Below, in pieces: positions 33,420 through 46,159 of a DNA stretch of 64,000 nucleotides. Every line of letters starts with the position of its first letter. Positions within the stretch are counted from its first letter, which is position 1. The notes under the pieces were generated by a model, which had not been told where the DNA came from, searched no databases, and was given only the letters and a program-made list of their open reading frames with translations. The translations under genes and the position numbers were made by a program. Origin of the DNA: a bacterium (GTDB taxonomy: Bacteria; UBA8248); NCBI GenBank assembly GCA_965221165.1, contig CBDCRP010000003.1, positions 480,001 to 544,000 of the forward strand, in the 5' to 3' direction.

Positions 33420-34463
33420 CTACAGGAAACCCATTTCCGCGCAGTACGCCAGGAATACGGAACCCGCGTACCCGGCATAAGTCTCCTGGTCTAATATCGT
33501 GTGCTGAAGGTTCCTGCCGCGTACCACATTCTTCATCGGTTTAGCGTAACTACTGTCATAAAACTTGAATCCGGTCTCGCACATATATAGATGACCGGAT
33601 TTATTGTCCACCAACACGTCATGCGCGTAGAATCCCGGGCCCAGGGCGCGTCCGATACGATTACCCAGCGCATGAAGTTGTTCCAAGCGCGGCGCAACCA
33701 GATTTCTATACAGGTGTTCCAGAAGTTCAGAATTTTTCGGGGTATCCTTGTTGTGCACCGATGGGTCGTTTTCTTCGACGTCTCGAGCGCGAACATATAT
33801 CTGCAGCGTGCGTGTGCCGATACAAACCAGCCTCACACATGTAAAATAGACGGAGTCCTCGAACGGGACCCTGGTGTCGATAAATTCCGCATTGTAGCGG
33901 CCATCATCTATTTCCTCGAATTTTTCGACGACAAAGGCATTCTCTGCAGAACCAACTCTTGCGTTGCTGAATATCTTCTTGCCTTCATCCATCTTCAGGC
34001 TCGGCATCCTTATGCCTTGCCGGGACAATGTTTCGTTCGCCTTCCGCTTGTCTCTAATAATGCCGGCGGTTCGATGAGAATTGAAAACTGCGTTTGCTTT
34101 CTTCAGTATATCTTCCGGAATATCGTATTCATCAAGCTCGTCATATAATTCATGAATGAGACTAATCAGAACCGTCGGCACTCCTTCGGAAATTTGAAGC
34201 TCGTGCCTCAAACCCTTGAAGTCGATTATGCACGACGTTGCAATTCCGCATTGTCCCAAAAGTCTGCAAAACGGCGGAAAAAAAAGATTCGGCTGCGCCT
34301 TTCCGCGATTCTTCAATGCATGAGCGCTTAATGCGCAAATGATGACTTTGCCCCTGACTTTCGCGGGCTGAAATCGTCGAATCGGCAAATTTTTCTTCCA
34401 ATGCCTGTTTCTGTAATTTTTGGGGAAAAAGCGAAGAAAGCTATGCTCGATTGTCGTCAACAT
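33420..34463 (-). CDS. hypothetical protein with ATP-grasp-like fold
   Basis: RDKRKANETLSRQGIRMP, AEFID, VRLVCIG and GFYAHDVLVD..SG..YMCE resemble RimK/ATP-grasp motifs; lower GC than the flanks. Confidence 0.6.
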   Translation of the reverse strand: MLTTIEHSFLRFFPKNYRNRHWKKNLPIRRFQPAKVRGKVIICALSAHALKNRGKAQPNLFFPPFCRLLGQCGIATSCIIDFKGLRHELQISEGVPTVLISLIHELYDELDEYDIPEDILKKANAVFNSHRTAGIIRDKRKANETLSRQGIRMPSLKMDEGKKIFSNARVGSAENAFVVEKFEEIDDGRYNAEFIDTRVPFEDSVYFTCVRLVCIGTRTLQIYVRARDVEENDPSVHNKDTPKNSELLEHLYRNLVAPRLEQLHALGNRIGRALGPGFYAHDVLVDNKSGHLYMCETGFKFYDSSYAKPMKNVVRGRNLQHTILDQETYAGYAGSVFLAYCAEMGFL

Positions 34464-34566
34464 GGTATTTTATGACCCATAGCGAAAATGGCGGGCAAAG
34501 ACGAGGCGAGAAGCCGGCCTAGGCTAGCGAAATTTACAGCCCTGCGCAACAATCGACGGAAACAAG

Positions 34567-35649
34567 ATGGTGATGACATCCAAGGCGCTGACGCGGGCGC
34601 TCGCATCCCTCCGGTGCGCTCATAACGATCTGCGGATTATAGCGGGCGATCATGTCAACCCGTCGGGTTTCACCCTGCTGGCAATCCTGAGAAACGAGAT
34701 GTATTTCCTGCCGGATTTCCTCGCCCACTACCGCAGGCTCGGGGTCGAAAGGTTCGTTTTTCTGAACGATCGCTCGGATGACGGGTCTTCCGAATATCTC
34801 CTGGAACAGCCGGATGCCGTCGTTGTGGAGAGCGCCAGGACCTATGGGGAGAAGATCGAGATGCCTCCTTCGTTGGCGCGACGCTTCAAGGATCCCCAAA
34901 TACTTCTTCTCTGGCGGTCCATGCTTCACGAGATGTTCGCCCGGGACCGATGGGCGCTGCAGGTCGATCTGGACGAATTCGTCCACCTCCCCGAGGGAAT
35001 GACCTTCCAGGACCTTGTTGCGCGTTTGGAAAAACAGAGCGCGCGCGCAGTGTGGGGCGTCATGCTGGACGTCTATCCCAAGGATATCGCGGAACTGGTC
35101 GTTCAGAAGGGTTCGCCGCGCCTCGATATGTCCAGGACCTGGTATTTCGATGGAGAAAGGCACTTGCGGCTGCGGTGGGGACAGGGACCCAAAATCGTTC
35201 ATCCGGGGGCCCGCGCAAGGCTCTACCGGGCGTATGGCGTCGACTGGCTGAATCCTGAATCCGGAGTCTCGATGTGGAAGGTATACAGGGAATGGCTGCG
35301 GAAAGTTTTTTTCAGCCACAAACTGCCGAAATACAACTCTCTGGTGAAACCGACACTCCTGAAATGGAAGGACGACAACTCCTTCACTTCCTCGCACCAA
35401 ACCAATCTGCCGGCATCAACGAATTATCTTCTTCCGATCCGGCACTTCCGCTTCGCCGGGTCGCTGTACGGGAAGGTGCAGACGGGGATTCGCGAAAAAT
35501 CCTACCATCGCGGCTCCTTCGATCATCGCCTCCTCTCGGAATTGCTGCGCACAATGGAGGAGCGCAACGGCTCCTTTCTCTACCCGAAATCGAGACCGAT
35601 CGAGTCTTTCGAAGATCTCGCCGGGACCCAAAACGCGTTCGGCCTGTGA
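34567..35649 (+). CDS. glycosyltransferase family 2 (Glyco_tranf_2_4-like)
   Basis: LRNEMYFLPDFLAHYRRLGV, LNDRSDDGS, WALQVDLDEF (DxD). Confidence 0.85.
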   Translation: MVMTSKALTRALASLRCAHNDLRIIAGDHVNPSGFTLLAILRNEMYFLPDFLAHYRRLGVERFVFLNDRSDDGSSEYLLEQPDAVVVESARTYGEKIEMPPSLARRFKDPQILLLWRSMLHEMFARDRWALQVDLDEFVHLPEGMTFQDLVARLEKQSARAVWGVMLDVYPKDIAELVVQKGSPRLDMSRTWYFDGERHLRLRWGQGPKIVHPGARARLYRAYGVDWLNPESGVSMWKVYREWLRKVFFSHKLPKYNSLVKPTLLKWKDDNSFTSSHQTNLPASTNYLLPIRHFRFAGSLYGKVQTGIREKSYHRGSFDHRLLSELLRTMEERNGSFLYPKSRPIESFEDLAGTQNAFGL

Positions 35650-35741
35650 GTCTCCGTGCCGGTTCAAGCTCAAACACCGGATGCGCGCTGCGGAAAAATG
35701 GACAATCGAAGCAACATGGCGCTGCATCTCCTGTCGATGGG

Positions 35742-35832
35742 GTCAGGCTTTCCCGAGGAGGGTCAAATCCGACCGAGGAGGGAGGATTTGCGTAGGGTCA
35801 GACATATATGTCTGCCACCTGCGTGTCCGCCC
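35742..35832 (+). repeat. nested 30-nt hairpin elements followed by a GTAG REP
   Basis: Half element gtcaggctttcccgaggag interrupted by the full copy at 35762-35791, then gtagggtcagacatatatgtctgcc. Confidence 0.7.
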
Positions 35833-35880
35833 GCAGGGTTTTCGTGGTGAGTCGGGCGAGCAAGACCGATGGACTACGCC

Positions 35881-36231
35881 CTAATCCTCCTCCAGATGGC
35901 GGGGCAGGTCCATCGCATCGTGCAGCAGACGAAGCACATCGATCAGAAACGGCTCGCTTTCACCCCCGACGCGGTAGAGTACGAAATGCCGGCCCTTTCT
36001 TCCTCCTCTGGCGACGTGAAGCGTCATCAGCCCCTCTGCGATGTCGCCGCGTTCCCTTGCTCCGGCGATATCCGGCCCTTCTCCTAACGCCTCGATGGCT
36101 CCGCTCAAGGTGTCGGCGTAGATGCGCGCCTGTGTCTCACCGAATCGCTCGGAGGTCCAGCGCAGGATGTTCTGGAAATCGGTTTCGGCAGATGTCGTCA
36201 GTCTGACCCGCCAGCGGCGGCGATCCGCCAC
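35881..36231 (-). CDS. type II toxin, ParE/RelE family
   Basis: VRLT..AE.D...I..WT..RFG..QA..Y, HFVLYR, VLRLLH.AMDL. Confidence 0.88.
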   Translation of the reverse strand: MADRRRWRVRLTTSAETDFQNILRWTSERFGETQARIYADTLSGAIEALGEGPDIAGARERGDIAEGLMTLHVARGGRKGRHFVLYRVGGESEPFLIDVLRLLHDAMDLPRHLEED

Positions 36232-36234
36232 CCC

Positions 36235-36525
36235 TTATGCCTCGGCCTCGGCAGCGGGGCCGGCAATAGCATCCTCGGCAATGTTCGAGAGATGTCGGCG
36301 AAGCGATTCCGACGTATCGAAGGAGCGGAATCGGCCCTTCTCGATATCGGCGACACCCCGGGCTGCGGCCTCGCGCAGGGTCTCCACCCTGTCTTCGTGC
36401 TCTTCGAGCAGCCGCAATCCGGCGCGCACCACGTCGCTGGCCGAGTTGTAGCGGCCCGACGAAACCCGCTCGTCGATGAACCCCATGAAATGATCCCCGA
36501 GTGAAACCGATGTATTGCGCGGCAT
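36235..36525 (-). CDS. type II antitoxin, ParD (CC2985-like RHH) family
   Basis: MPRNTSVSLGDHF..FI...V.SGRY.SASDVVRAGLRLLE; GAAGGAGG RBS upstream. Confidence 0.92.
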   Translation of the reverse strand: MPRNTSVSLGDHFMGFIDERVSSGRYNSASDVVRAGLRLLEEHEDRVETLREAAARGVADIEKGRFRSFDTSESLRRHLSNIAEDAIAGPAAEAEA

Positions 36526-36546
36526 GGCGATACCTCCTTCCCGCGC

Positions 36547-36574
36547 ACTATACCAAAAATTGGTATTCATGCAA
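36547..36574 (-). promoter_or_regulatory. parDE sigma70 promoter with overlapping palindromic operator
   Basis: Minus strand TTGCAT-16 nt-TATAGT with TG extension; palindrome ATACCAA-aaa-TTGGTAT at 36550-36566. Confidence 0.65.
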
Positions 36575-36589
36575 AGGGGTCGGTGGGAG

Positions 36590-36960
36590 GTCATTTCCGA
36601 CCGATGAGGGAGGAAATGCCGACTGAAGAGGGTCAGGCTTTCCCGAGGAGGGGAAGCCTGCGTTTGCCGACCGAGGAGGGAGGAACTGCGTAGTGGCGGC
36701 CCCGCCTCCGCCCGCTTTTGTATGGCCGCTCCCGTCATTCCGGCAAATGCCGGTGGCAACCGCAGGTTGAGCAGGCGGACGGGAAACGCATCTATTCTGG
36801 TCCCGGATAAAAGCAATCCGGGATGACGAACAAAAACAAAATAGGGGGACACAGGGGTCTGCCCCTACGGTTCATTTCGATTTGCAGGCCCCTGTAGGGG
36901 CGGTTCGCGAACGGTGGGACAGCCCCGAGGAGGGTGGCAGACATATATGTCTGCCCCTAC
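36590..36960. repeat. chain of 30-nt hairpin elements plus CGTC- and GTAG-type REPs
   Basis: Copies at 36590-36619, 36632-36661 and 36662-36689; cgtcattccgg...ccgggatgacg; gtaggggc...gcccctac (36894-36960). Confidence 0.7.
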
Positions 36961-37039
36961 GAAACCACCACGCCTCCCGCATTGGTTGGAATCGCAAACC
37001 CTCCACATCGGTCGGGTTCCCCCCTACCCCCCACCCAAC

Positions 37040-37761
37040 CTACGATACGCCTCCGTCCCCCATAAACGAAGAACCGGACTTGACGCCCTCTACCGGCGTT
37101 TTGCCCTCGATATCTCTCGCGGCGGGGTCGGCCCCGGAGTCGAGAAGGGCTTCGACGACTTCGAGGAGGACTTTGTCTTTCGCCGCCGCGTAGTGAAGCG
37201 TGGTGCGCCCGCGCTTGTCGCGCACGTCGGGGTCTGCGCCCGCCGCGAGCAGGGCCTTCACGATGGCGGGGGCCTTGCTGCGCATCCCCGCCCAGTGAAG
37301 GGGAGCGAGACCTCTTCTGTCCGGCGTGTTCACCCGGGCGCCCCCCCGCACACAGTATCTCCACGTTGGTCCCGGTTCTTTTGAAGGCCGTCGCCGCATG
37401 AAGGGGCGTCCATCCGAATATGCCCTGCGCGTTGGGGTCGGCCCCGGCGGCGAGGAGCGCTTCGAGGATCTCGGGAACCTCGCTGAACGCCGCCGCCGAG
37501 TGGAGCGGCGTCCGCTCCCCTTGCGTCGCGCGCGTTCGGGTCGGCCCCGGCCCGCGTCAGGACGGCTATCACCGCCGGGTCTTCGGCGTGGCGCGCCGCC
37601 CAGTGCAGGGGCGTCCACCCGTTCTTGTCGCGCGCATCTATTTCGGCTCCGGCTTCGAGCAGGCTCTCGAACGCTCCCGCGTCCTCGCCCAACACCGCAT
37701 GGTGCAGGGGAGTTGCTCCGTCTTCACCGCGCGCGTTCGGGTCGGTCGATCCACTCGCCAT
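37040..37761 (-). pseudogene. ankyrin-repeat protein interrupted by two +1 frameshifts (pseudogene or sequencing error)
   Basis: About six G.TPLH.A...LL.AGAD.NA repeats spread over three frames; shifts at the C4 run 37517-37520 and the C7 run 37341-37347; AGGAGA RBS before the ATG at 37761. Confidence 0.8.
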
Positions 37762-37882
37762 CCCGTTTCTCCTGTTTTGAGGATGCCCGTTCACACGCAT
37801 CCGGTTTCCCGGTTTTCATGCGGCGGCTATCCCCGTCTCCCCTCGTTTCTCTTGGAACTTTATGCGAACGGATCGACAGGCC

Positions 37883-38146
37883 CTAACTCTCCGCCCCGGG
37901 CGGGCCGCCTCTTTCGGCGAATTTCTCGGCGCACGAGGTGCTGCAGAACGAATGCCTGCCGCCGCCCGCGCGCTTCGTAATACCCATGCGGGAGGGGAAA
38001 AACGTCTCGCACTCGGGGCAATTCAGCATCTCGTCGTCCAGGGCGTCTTGCGTTTCCCGGTTTTTTTGCGTCATGCCGCTGATCAAACTGCGAATAAGGT
38101 AGTATATCCCCCAGGACAACGCCAGATAAAATATGAATCGAAACAT
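37883..38146 (-). CDS. small membrane-anchored metal-binding protein (PP0621/TRASH-like)
   Basis: N-terminal TM helix, EMLNCPEC...FCSTSC. Confidence 0.7.
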   Translation of the reverse strand: MFRFIFYLALSWGIYYLIRSLISGMTQKNRETQDALDDEMLNCPECETFFPSRMGITKRAGGGRHSFCSTSCAEKFAERGGPPGAES

Positions 38147-38219
38147 GAGCGGGGCCTCATGAGGTGCGGCGAGAATCGGACACCGCTACTCTACACCCTG
38201 AACCGCCGGATGAAAAACT

Positions 38220-41472
<3,253 letters not shown>

Positions 41473-41605
41473 GAATCAGGCCACCCGTTGGAAAAAGGAA
41501 AATACATGGGCCGTTTGAAAGTTTTTTCGGGGAAAGCGTTTTCCCGCGCTTTTTAATTTCCGGGCTTTCTGCAAGGAATCAAGACTCTTTTTCTCGCTCA
41601 CTCTC

Positions 41606-42697
41606 TTAATCCCCTACGCAGAAGCTGAAAAACGCATCGAAAAGCGCGCCCGCGTCGTGCGGGCCGGGGCAGGCCTCGGGGTGATACTGCACGCTGAACA
41701 CCTTGGGGGAGTCCGACCTCAAGCCCTCGCAAGTGCTGTCGTTCAGGGAGGAATGCGTGACGGCCACGTCCGCCGGCAGGCTTTCGGGGTCCACGGCGAA
41801 CGAGTGGTTTTGCGAGGTGATGTCCACCTTTTTCGTGCTCAAATCCTGGACGGGATGGTTCGCCCCGTGGTGGCCGAATTTGAGCTTGTACGTCCTGCCG
41901 CCCAGGGCCTGCGCCAGAATCTGGTGCCCCAGGCAGATGCCCACCAGGGGAACCCGGCCCATGATGTGTTTTACGTTTTCGACGACGTAGCCGAGCGCCG
42001 CCGGGTCCCCCGGACCGTTCGAGAGGAAAACGGCCGCGGGTTTTCTCGCCAGCACGCTCTCGGCGGTTTCAGTAGCGGGCACGATTTCGAGATCGAACCG
42101 CTCCCCGAGTTCGCGAAAAATGTTGTCCTTCGCCCCCAGATCGTAGGCCACGCAAAGCGGGCGGCCTTTCCTCTCGCCCCAGGCGTGCGCGGCGGCGCAG
42201 GTGACGTCGCGCACCATGTCGCGCCCGTCCAGCCCCGGACTCGCCTTGGCGCGGGCGATGAGGTTTTTTTCGTCCAGATCCGTGGAGGAGAGTATCGCCC
42301 GCAAGGCGCCCGCCTCTCTGATGTGGCGCGTGAGCGCGCGGGTATCGACGCCCTCGATGCCGGGAACCCCCTGTTTTTTGAGATAAGAATCCAGGTCCTC
42401 GTTCGCCCGGAAATTGCTGTGGCGCCTGCACACCTCCTTCACGATGAATGCCTCGACCCAGGCGCGGCGGGATTCCTCATCGCCGGGGATGACGCCGTAG
42501 TTCCCGATGTGGGGGTACGTCATCACCACCATCTGGCCTCGGTAGGAGGGGTCGGTGAGCACTTCCTGGTAGCCCGTCATCGCCGTGTTGAAGACGAGTT
42601 CACCTTCGGCGTCCGAATCCGCCCCGAAACTCACGCCCCGGAAGATTCTGCCGTCTTCCAGGGCCAGGAGCGCCGGTTTTATTTTTCGACCTTTCAC
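41606..42697 (-). CDS. carA: carbamoyl-phosphate synthase small subunit
   Basis: FNTAMTGYQE.LTDPSY, LSNGPGDP, GICLGHQ, SVQYHPE. Confidence 0.97.
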   Translation of the reverse strand: MKGRKIKPALLALEDGRIFRGVSFGADSDAEGELVFNTAMTGYQEVLTDPSYRGQMVVMTYPHIGNYGVIPGDEESRRAWVEAFIVKEVCRRHSNFRANEDLDSYLKKQGVPGIEGVDTRALTRHIREAGALRAILSSTDLDEKNLIARAKASPGLDGRDMVRDVTCAAAHAWGERKGRPLCVAYDLGAKDNIFRELGERFDLEIVPATETAESVLARKPAAVFLSNGPGDPAALGYVVENVKHIMGRVPLVGICLGHQILAQALGGRTYKLKFGHHGANHPVQDLSTKKVDITSQNHSFAVDPESLPADVAVTHSSLNDSTCEGLRSDSPKVFSVQYHPEACPGPHDAGALFDAFFSFCVGD

Positions 42698-43999
42698 GGG
42701 ACGAGCGCCTCCTTCGCCGAGATCTTCATTTCACCCGCAAGCCTGCTCATCCGCAGGTTCCCGGCAACGACCGTGGCCACGGCGCAGCCCTTGAGCTTCC
42801 AGCCGGCGAAAGGAGTGTTCCTGCCGTTGCTCTCGAAAGTGTCGGGGTCGACTGTGATTTCGCGTTCGGGGTCTAAAATCGTCACGTCTCCCGGAGCGCC
42901 TTCTTTCAGCGTGCCGTAGGGCAGGCCCAGCACCTCGCACGGAGCCGCCGTGAATTTCGCGATCATCTCGGACAGCGTGAGCACGCCCCCGCCCACCAGC
43001 CTGTCCAGCGCCAGGGACACGGCCGTCTCCAGACCCACGACCCCGAACGGCACGGCGTCGAACTCCCGCTGGGTTTCCGCCTCGTAATGCGGCGCGTGGT
43101 CCGAGGCGATGGCGGATATCGTGCCGTCCTTAAGGCCTTCTAAGAGCGCTTGCCTGTTCGCCTCATCACGCAGCGGCGGCGCCATCTTGGCGGATGAGTC
43201 GAAGTCCTGAATCACCTCGTCGGTCAGGGAGAAATGGTGCGGCGTCACCTCCGCCGTCACGCGAACCCCCCGCGCGCGCGCCTGACGCACCAGGTCCACC
43301 GCGCCTGCGGAGGATATATGCAGAATGTGGAGCCTGCCTCCCGTCAGTTCCGCGAGGCGGATGTCCCGATAGACGCAGATGTCCTCGCTCGCCGCCGGGT
43401 TCCCCGCCAGGCCGAGCAGGGTGGACATCGCCCCCTCGTTCATCACCTTGCCGCCCGAGAGCGTCATATCCTCTGCGTGATCGAGCACGCTCACACCGAG
43501 CATTCCGGCGTACTCGAGGGCTGCGCGCATCAAGGCGGCCGTCTTGACGGGCACGCCGTCGTCGCTGAAGGCCACGGCGCCCGCCTCTATCTGCTCGGCC
43601 ATCTCGCTCAGTTCCTCACCCTCGAGGCCCACCGACACCGAGCCGATGGGGAACACGCGGCACGAACCCACCTCGCGCGCGCGCTTCAGGATGCGCTCGG
43701 TAATGGAACTCGTATCGTTGACCGGGTCGGTATTCGCCATGCACGCCACGCCGGTGAAACCGCCCGCGGCGGCGGCGCGGGTGCCGGTTTCGATGTCTTC
43801 CTTGTATTCCTGCCCCGGTTCCCTGAAATGGACGTGCATGTCGATGAACCCGGGCGCAACGACGAGCCCCGCCGCGTCGATGATTTCATCCCCGCCGCGC
43901 GGTAATATGTTCTTTTTTCTGTGCGCGATTTTTCCCTCTTCAATCAGGATATCGCATTTCTCATCGACCCCGTCGGAAGGGTCGATGAGGCGTCCTCCC

Positions 44000-44016
<17 letters not shown>
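42694..44016 (-). CDS. pyrC: dihydroorotase
   Basis: [40 protein letters not shown]; start trimmed to MPLLIRGG. Confidence 0.95.
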
Positions 44017-45031
<1,015 letters not shown>

Positions 45032-45058
45032 ATCCTTCCCCCCGTAGCGCCTGGGTTT

Positions 45059-45589
45059 CTATGAGCGTTTGAAAACGGCGTCCTGGCCGTCGGTTTCCTC
45101 CAGATGCACCCGGACCTCCTCCGGATGGGCCGTCTCGATGTTCTTCCCCACGAAATCGGCGCGAATGGGGAGTTCCCGTCCCCCCCTGTCCACCAAAATG
45201 GCGAGCCGCACCCTGCGGGGCCGGCCGAAGTTGACGAGCGCGGCCAGGGCGGCCCGCGCCGTCCGGCCCGTGTAGAGCACGTCATCGACCAAAACGACGT
45301 CCTTACCCTCGCAAGAAAACGGCAAGTCCGTTTTCTTGAGACCGGTTTTCACGCCGCCGCCCTGGTTCAGGTCGTCGCGGTAGAGCGTGACGTCGAGCGC
45401 GCCCACCAGCGGACGCACGCCCACCAGAGACTGAAGCTCCCCGGCCAGTCTTTCCGCCAAGGGCACGCCCCTCGTGCGAATACCGATGAACACCAGATCC
45501 GATAGATCCGCCGTGCGCTCCAGTATTTCGTGCGAGAGACGCCTCAAGGTGCGCCTTAACTGCTCGGCATCGAGTTGTTTCATCGTCAA
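45059..45589 (-). CDS. pyrR: pyrimidine attenuation regulator / uracil phosphoribosyltransferase
   Basis: GIRTRG, LDVTLYRDD, LVDDVLYTGRT, DRGGRELPIRADFVGKN. Confidence 0.96.
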   Translation of the reverse strand: MTMKQLDAEQLRRTLRRLSHEILERTADLSDLVFIGIRTRGVPLAERLAGELQSLVGVRPLVGALDVTLYRDDLNQGGGVKTGLKKTDLPFSCEGKDVVLVDDVLYTGRTARAALAALVNFGRPRRVRLAILVDRGGRELPIRADFVGKNIETAHPEEVRVHLEETDGQDAVFKRS

Positions 45590-45632
45590 GGCAAAATCCG
45601 ATGTTCGGGCGGCCCGGTATCAAAAAAGACAC

Positions 45633-45665
45633 AAAAAAAACTCCATGCCCAAGGGGCATGGAGTT
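45633..45665 (-). terminator. pyr attenuator terminator
   Basis: Minus strand CUCCAUGCCC-cuu-GGGCAUGGAG followed by U8, upstream of pyrR. Confidence 0.85.
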
Positions 45666-45705
45666 CGGAGAACAGACGAGAAGATGGCAAGCATCCGCGC
45701 TTCCT

Positions 45706-45736
45706 CCTTCGCCGCCTCACGGGACGACATTAAAGG
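45706..45736 (-). promoter_or_regulatory. PyrR-binding RNA element
   Basis: Minus strand CCUUUAA-ugu-CGUCCCGUGAGGCG-gc-GAAGG matches the CCUUUAA..GUCCnGnGAGGy..AAGG PyrR binding loop. Confidence 0.85.
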
Positions 45737-45834
45737 GGAATTTCTATGTCACCACATTATTTCCACCCGGCGAAGAGCCGGCCGGGCTATTTCCTGAAAA
45801 TTAGCAGTCTTTCCGTGAAAGAGCAAGAGGGAAT

Positions 45835-46149
45835 TCACGCGCGCTTCAAAAAATCCATCGGAGCGTTCGAGGGGCGTTCCTCCTCATCGGGGACGTGAGG
45901 CGATTCCTCGATAATCTCGAACAGCCCGGAGGCGTCTTTTTTCGGTAAATGGCGCTCCGACTCCCCCAGGACGCGGATTCGCAGGGTCTTGTTCTCGAGC
46001 CGCAGCCTCAGCACGTCTCCCACTTCTACTCGAGAGGAGGCTTTGGCCGCTTTCCCCTCGATATCAACGGCCCCCCCATCCGCCAGGCTCTTGGCTACCG
46101 GCCTGCGCTTCACCAGGCGGCTATAGCGCAAAAACTGATCCAGGCGCAT
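45835..46149 (-). CDS. S4-domain RNA-binding protein (YabO/RqcP/Hsp15-like)
   Basis: MRLDQFL...RLVKRR.VAK.....G.V...G..AK.S..V..GD. Confidence 0.88.
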   Translation of the reverse strand: MRLDQFLRYSRLVKRRPVAKSLADGGAVDIEGKAAKASSRVEVGDVLRLRLENKTLRIRVLGESERHLPKKDASGLFEIIEESPHVPDEEERPSNAPMDFLKRA

Positions 46150-46159
46150 CTTCACACCA

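Noticed and set aside
36526-36852. N-terminal extension of ParD in the ORF track (205 aa)
   Set aside because: Runs through repeat DNA; RBS, promoter and family start lie at 36525
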